IMG/VR virus record: IMGVR_UViG_2634166457_000020
Span: 1-39,240 of that record
Strand: one strand, 5' to 3'
Origin: a virus
Taxonomy: Duplodnaviria; Heunggongvirae; Uroviricota; Caudoviricetes
DNA length: 39,240 nt
The translations under genes were made by a program, and so were the position numbers. Shown in pieces: positions 36,137 through 39,240 of the stretch. Numbering within the stretch: the stretch's first letter is position 1; every line of letters starts with the position of its first letter. Below the pieces are notes generated by a model. It worked only from the letters and a program-made list of their open reading frames with translations. It made no database searches and was not told where the DNA came from.

Positions 36137-37252
36137 TTTTATCTTGTATCTTTTTTCAATTTTATTATACAGGATGGCGGAAAGTATAATTGCTAATGTT
36201 ATCGCCCCAAACTGCATCAATATAAAATATCTGGCTGATGTTTGCTCTAGGTTGATAAATTTGCTGTAAGAATTGAATGTAATGTTAAGCGATAACTGAT
36301 GTACTAAATACAAACTGTAACTTATAATACCAATATTCGATATGCTTCTTTTAGAAAAAATAGACGGTCTGGATGCGATAAATGCCATGAAAAATACTGA
36401 TGTCGCGCAGAACATTTCGAATTCATATACTTTAAAATCACCAAAAATCGAATATATAAAGAGCAATGGCATTACGATCCACAAAGCATGTTTCAAATAA
36501 TTATTTGCAGGTTGCTTTATGTACGAAGCAATAAATCCTGTCAGGAAGTATGTCCACATTATTTGTTCGTTCTGATATCCAAGATATATGATTATCAGAG
36601 CTAAAGGTATTAAAGATATTCTTAACGGTTTAATAGCAAATGCACAGGCAAGAAATGGAACTGCTGCATAATATTTCCATTCGTAAGGTAACGTCCATGT
36701 AACAATATTAAGACTCCAGTCCCATATTGATCCGACCCTGATCCCACCCCCCCAGAAACCAAACCCATAAACACTACGAATGACTGTCATTACCTCATCA
36801 ATAGTTTTTATTTGCCCGTATCTCTGGAACATGAAAATTGCAAAAACTATTGTGGAAACAACAACGTATGCAGGAAGTAATCTATAAATCCTTTTCTGGA
36901 AAAAAGAGATATCGAAAATTCCCTTTTTTATAGTAGATGAAAATAAAAAACCTGTTAAGCAAAAGAATATGGATACTCCAAACGCACCCATTTTTTCAAA
37001 TGCGTACGCTGGCTGAATATTCATGTATGGTGATTTTAATCCTATAGCGGCAATTACAGTGTATGAGTGGTTAACGAAAACTAATAGACACGCAACTCCA
37101 CGCAAGCCCTCAAGGCTAAGGTCGTTATGGCTGCCAATTGGCGATATGTCTACAAACTTGTTTAGAACATAGCAAACACATACAGCAAATGTTACAAAAG
37201 AAAATGCATATACTGAATTATGTATACTAAGTAAGGGGAGTAAATTATCCAT
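36134..37252 (-). CDS. Acyltransferase family 3 integral membrane protein (probable O-antigen/surface polysaccharide O-acetyltransferase), 372 aa
   Basis: Motif LEGLRGVACLLVFVNH and many transmembrane segments typical of acyltransferase-3 proteins; AT-rich; adjacent to the tailspike. Confidence 0.75.
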   Translation of the reverse strand: MDNLLPLLSIHNSVYAFSFVTFAVCVCYVLNKFVDISPIGSHNDLSLEGLRGVACLLVFVNHSYTVIAAIGLKSPYMNIQPAYAFEKMGAFGVSIFFCLTGFLFSSTIKKGIFDISFFQKRIYRLLPAYVVVSTIVFAIFMFQRYGQIKTIDEVMTVIRSVYGFGFWGGGIRVGSIWDWSLNIVTWTLPYEWKYYAAVPFLACAFAIKPLRISLIPLALIIIYLGYQNEQIMWTYFLTGFIASYIKQPANNYLKHALWIVMPLLFIYSIFGDFKVYEFEMFCATSVFFMAFIASRPSIFSKRSISNIGIISYSLYLVHQLSLNITFNSYSKFINLEQTSARYFILMQFGAITLAIILSAILYNKIEKRYKIK

Positions 37253-37436
37253 TTAATCCTTGGCTCATTATCTTTAGTTTAATAAACAAAATTTTATTGA
37301 TGAATTTCGCAAGTGTATCACCCAAAAGGTAATTTTGGTAGGAGTTATTCTGGGTAATTCAAATCATATGTGGTTTATTGTGTATGATATGATCACCAAC
37401 TAAGGGGGTCTTTATGCACGGTAACAGGTGGTTTTT

Positions 37437-37841
37437 ATGTCAGTTCAGCTAACCAGTGAGTCTTTAAATCAGTGGCTTAGCGTGAGTTCTCTTGCTGCAG
37501 TGATAGCAGGTGTCCCTCCAGAGGTGGCTTTGGGAGCTTTGGCGGGGGCGGTAATTTTTGTTACCTCCGCCATCGAATACCCCATTCATCGCCGTGTTCT
37601 CCTGTCGATGCTCAGTTTCCTCTGCGGCCTTCTATTTTACAAACCAACAGCATCCATCCTTATCGGTATCGCTAGCCTGATACCTACCATCACGCAGGAC
37701 TCTTTCGAGAAAGGGATCGTCTTCTCTGCTGGCGCATTTGTGTCGGCAATTGTCGCTGTGCGAATTGGCATCTGGCTCTATCACCGTTCCGATAATCCAC
37801 GCGAGTTAATTCCGGGGAGAAAAGACGATGGTAACTCATGA
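37437..37841 (+). CDS. Putative holin (multi-pass membrane protein), about 134 aa
   Basis: 3-4 predicted transmembrane segments; first gene of cluster ending in endolysin and spanins; ATG 37437 with AGGTGG SD. Confidence 0.5.
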   Translation: MSVQLTSESLNQWLSVSSLAAVIAGVPPEVALGALAGAVIFVTSAIEYPIHRRVLLSMLSFLCGLLFYKPTASILIGIASLIPTITQDSFEKGIVFSAGAFVSAIVAVRIGIWLYHRSDNPRELIPGRKDDGNS

Positions 37842-38136
37842 TTTTTTTTTGCTTATCACCAATGCAGCTATCTGTACTGGCATAGCAGTTCGCGTTGTCA
37901 CTTTCCAGCGTAACGGATCTCAACACCGAAGATGGGGGGGCTGGCTGGCTTATTTCCTGATTGTTGCTACGGCCAGTATTCCTGTTCGTGTCGTCTATGC
38001 AATCTGGTTACGCACGCCAATAGCTGTGGATTTATCTGAGGTCATTATCAATGCTGTCATGCTTGCTGCGGTTATTAAAACTCGCGGTAACGTCGTACAG
38101 ATTTTCAAAATAACGAGGTCTAAACATGGAGATTAA
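37828..38136 (+). CDS. Second small membrane protein of lysis cassette (holin or antiholin candidate), 102 aa
   Basis: 2-3 predicted transmembrane segments; overlaps neighbours on both sides. Confidence 0.45.
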   Translation: MVTHDFFLLITNAAICTGIAVRVVTFQRNGSQHRRWGGWLAYFLIVATASIPVRVVYAIWLRTPIAVDLSEVIINAVMLAAVIKTRGNVVQIFKITRSKHGD

Positions 38137-38755
38137 ACAATTCCAGCGAGCTGCTGGTGTTAGCGAGGCGCTGGCCGCACGCTGGTTCTCGCATATAACT
38201 TCTGCGATGAAAGAGTTTGGTATCAGCAAACCCGAAGATCAGGCAATGTTTATTGCTCAGGTCGGGCATGAGTCTGGGGGCTTCACCCGGTTGCAGGAGA
38301 ATTTTAACTACAGCGTCACCGGACTGGCTAACTTTGTTCGGACAGGACGTCTCACTCAGGGACAAGCCAACGCATTGGGGCGTCGCGCAGGTGAACCACC
38401 ATTGCCACTTGAGCGACAGCGCGCAATCGCCAATTTGGTGTACAGCAAACGTATGGGGAACAATGCTCCTTGTGATGGCTGGAATTACCGTGGGCGCGGA
38501 CTTATCCAGATTACCGGTTTGAATAACTATCGTGACTGCGGAAACGGCATGAAAGTTGATCTGCTGGAGAATCCTGAACTGTTGGCGCAGGACGAATATG
38601 CGGCTCGTAGCGCGGCGTGGTTCTTCTCCAGCAAAGGCTGCATGAAGTATACCGGAGATATTGCACGTGTAACTCTGATTATCAATGGTGGCAGGAATGG
38701 CATCGACGACCGGCGTGCGCGGTACGTCACTGCCAGTAAGGTGCTGGCGGTATGA
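38126..38755 (+). CDS. Endolysin, glycoside hydrolase family 19 (chitinase-like lysozyme), 209 aa
   Basis: Motifs [12 protein letters not shown] and [16 protein letters not shown] typical of GH19-type phage endolysins. Confidence 0.8.
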   Translation: MEIKQFQRAAGVSEALAARWFSHITSAMKEFGISKPEDQAMFIAQVGHESGGFTRLQENFNYSVTGLANFVRTGRLTQGQANALGRRAGEPPLPLERQRAIANLVYSKRMGNNAPCDGWNYRGRGLIQITGLNNYRDCGNGMKVDLLENPELLAQDEYAARSAAWFFSSKGCMKYTGDIARVTLIINGGRNGIDDRRARYVTASKVLAV

Positions 38756-39240
38756 TCCTGGCATTCGTAAAAGCATACCGGAAACAGTTGTTTATCGTGG
38801 CGATGCTTGTTGTTCTGGTCATATCCTTAGTTGTTGCCTGGAATGTACATGGCGGTCGTCAGTACGACGCTGGGTATGCGCAGGCGAAGGAAGATCAGAA
38901 ACAGGCTGATGATAAGTTAAGGTCACAGCGTGAGCAGGAGAAAACACAAATTGAACGTGAAGCACAATTCCGTATCGATGCGGCGCGTGCTGATGCTGAG
39001 TATGCTAATACCGCTGCTGACAGCATGCGCGCCGAGCTTGACAAAACCAAGCGACTCGCCGAACACTATACCGGATCTTTCCCCCCAGGCACGCCAGCCA
39101 GCAAGGTCATCGGTGTGCTCGCCGACATGCTTGAAGAAAGCAACCGAGTTTACAATGCAACAGCAGTTGAGGCTGAAAAGTATCGTATTGCAGGGGAAAT
39201 CTGCGAGCAGCAATACGACTCATTGAAGAAGCAAAAATAG
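38752..39240 (+). CDS. Rz-like inner-membrane spanin (i-spanin), 162 aa
   Basis: N-terminal transmembrane helix [18 protein letters not shown] followed by coiled-coil region; ATGA overlap with endolysin stop; contains an embedded +1 frame lipoprotein ORF. Confidence 0.7.
   Translation: MILAFVKAYRKQLFIVAMLVVLVISLVVAWNVHGGRQYDAGYAQAKEDQKQADDKLRSQREQEKTQIEREAQFRIDAARADAEYANTAADSMRAELDKTKRLAEHYTGSFPPGTPASKVIGVLADMLEESNRVYNATAVEAEKYRIAGEICEQQYDSLKKQK
38978..39226 (+). CDS. Rz1-like outer-membrane lipoprotein spanin (o-spanin) embedded in Rz, about 82 aa
   Basis: Signal peptide with lipobox LLTAC followed by proline-rich mature region; entirely inside the Rz gene in +1 frame. Confidence 0.55.
   Translation: MRRVLMLSMLIPLLTACAPSLTKPSDSPNTIPDLSPQARQPARSSVCSPTCLKKATEFTMQQQLRLKSIVLQGKSASSNTTH

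Noticed and set aside
1-39240. CRISPR arrays, rRNA genes, IS elements or transposases
   Set aside because: No regularly spaced direct repeats with unique spacers, no rRNA-like sequence and no transposase-like ORF were seen; the only tandem repeats are the iterons at 8071-8196.

Overview
The window reads as a near-complete temperate phage genome (~39 kb) linearised at the integrase start codon; its layout resembles epsilon15/phiV10-type podoviruses, but that assignment is from memory of gene order, not a search. Order: tyrosine integrase (+) -> a four-gene minus-strand cargo operon (DGQHR/DndB-like protein + MT-A70 adenine methyltransferase + two small proteins) -> AlpA-type excisionase, RecT and YqaJ-like exonuclease -> immunity region (dual-HTH repressor flanked by two operator clusters, divergent Cro-like gene) -> O-like/P-like replication genes with iterons -> nin-like accessory genes -> terminase small/large -> AT-rich antisense moron (two membrane proteins) plus a tRNA-Arg(UCU) -> T7-like structural core (portal, scaffold, capsid, gp11/gp12-like tail, internal virion proteins) -> tailspike -> acyltransferase-3 (probable O-antigen modification) -> lysis cassette (two membrane proteins, GH19 endolysin, Rz with embedded Rz1). 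No CRISPR array, rRNA or IS element was seen. Best candidates for an undescribed system: (1) the int-xis cargo operon at 1255-3485, (2) the membrane-protein moron at 15172-15990, and (3) a phage-wide regulatory code: a 15-bp palindrome TYACC-N5-GGTAA in most intergenic promoter regions, an exact 15-mer upstream of the head and lysis operons, and a second palindrome bracketing the late operon. All protein assignments come from motifs read by eye in the supplied ORF translations; no database search was run.
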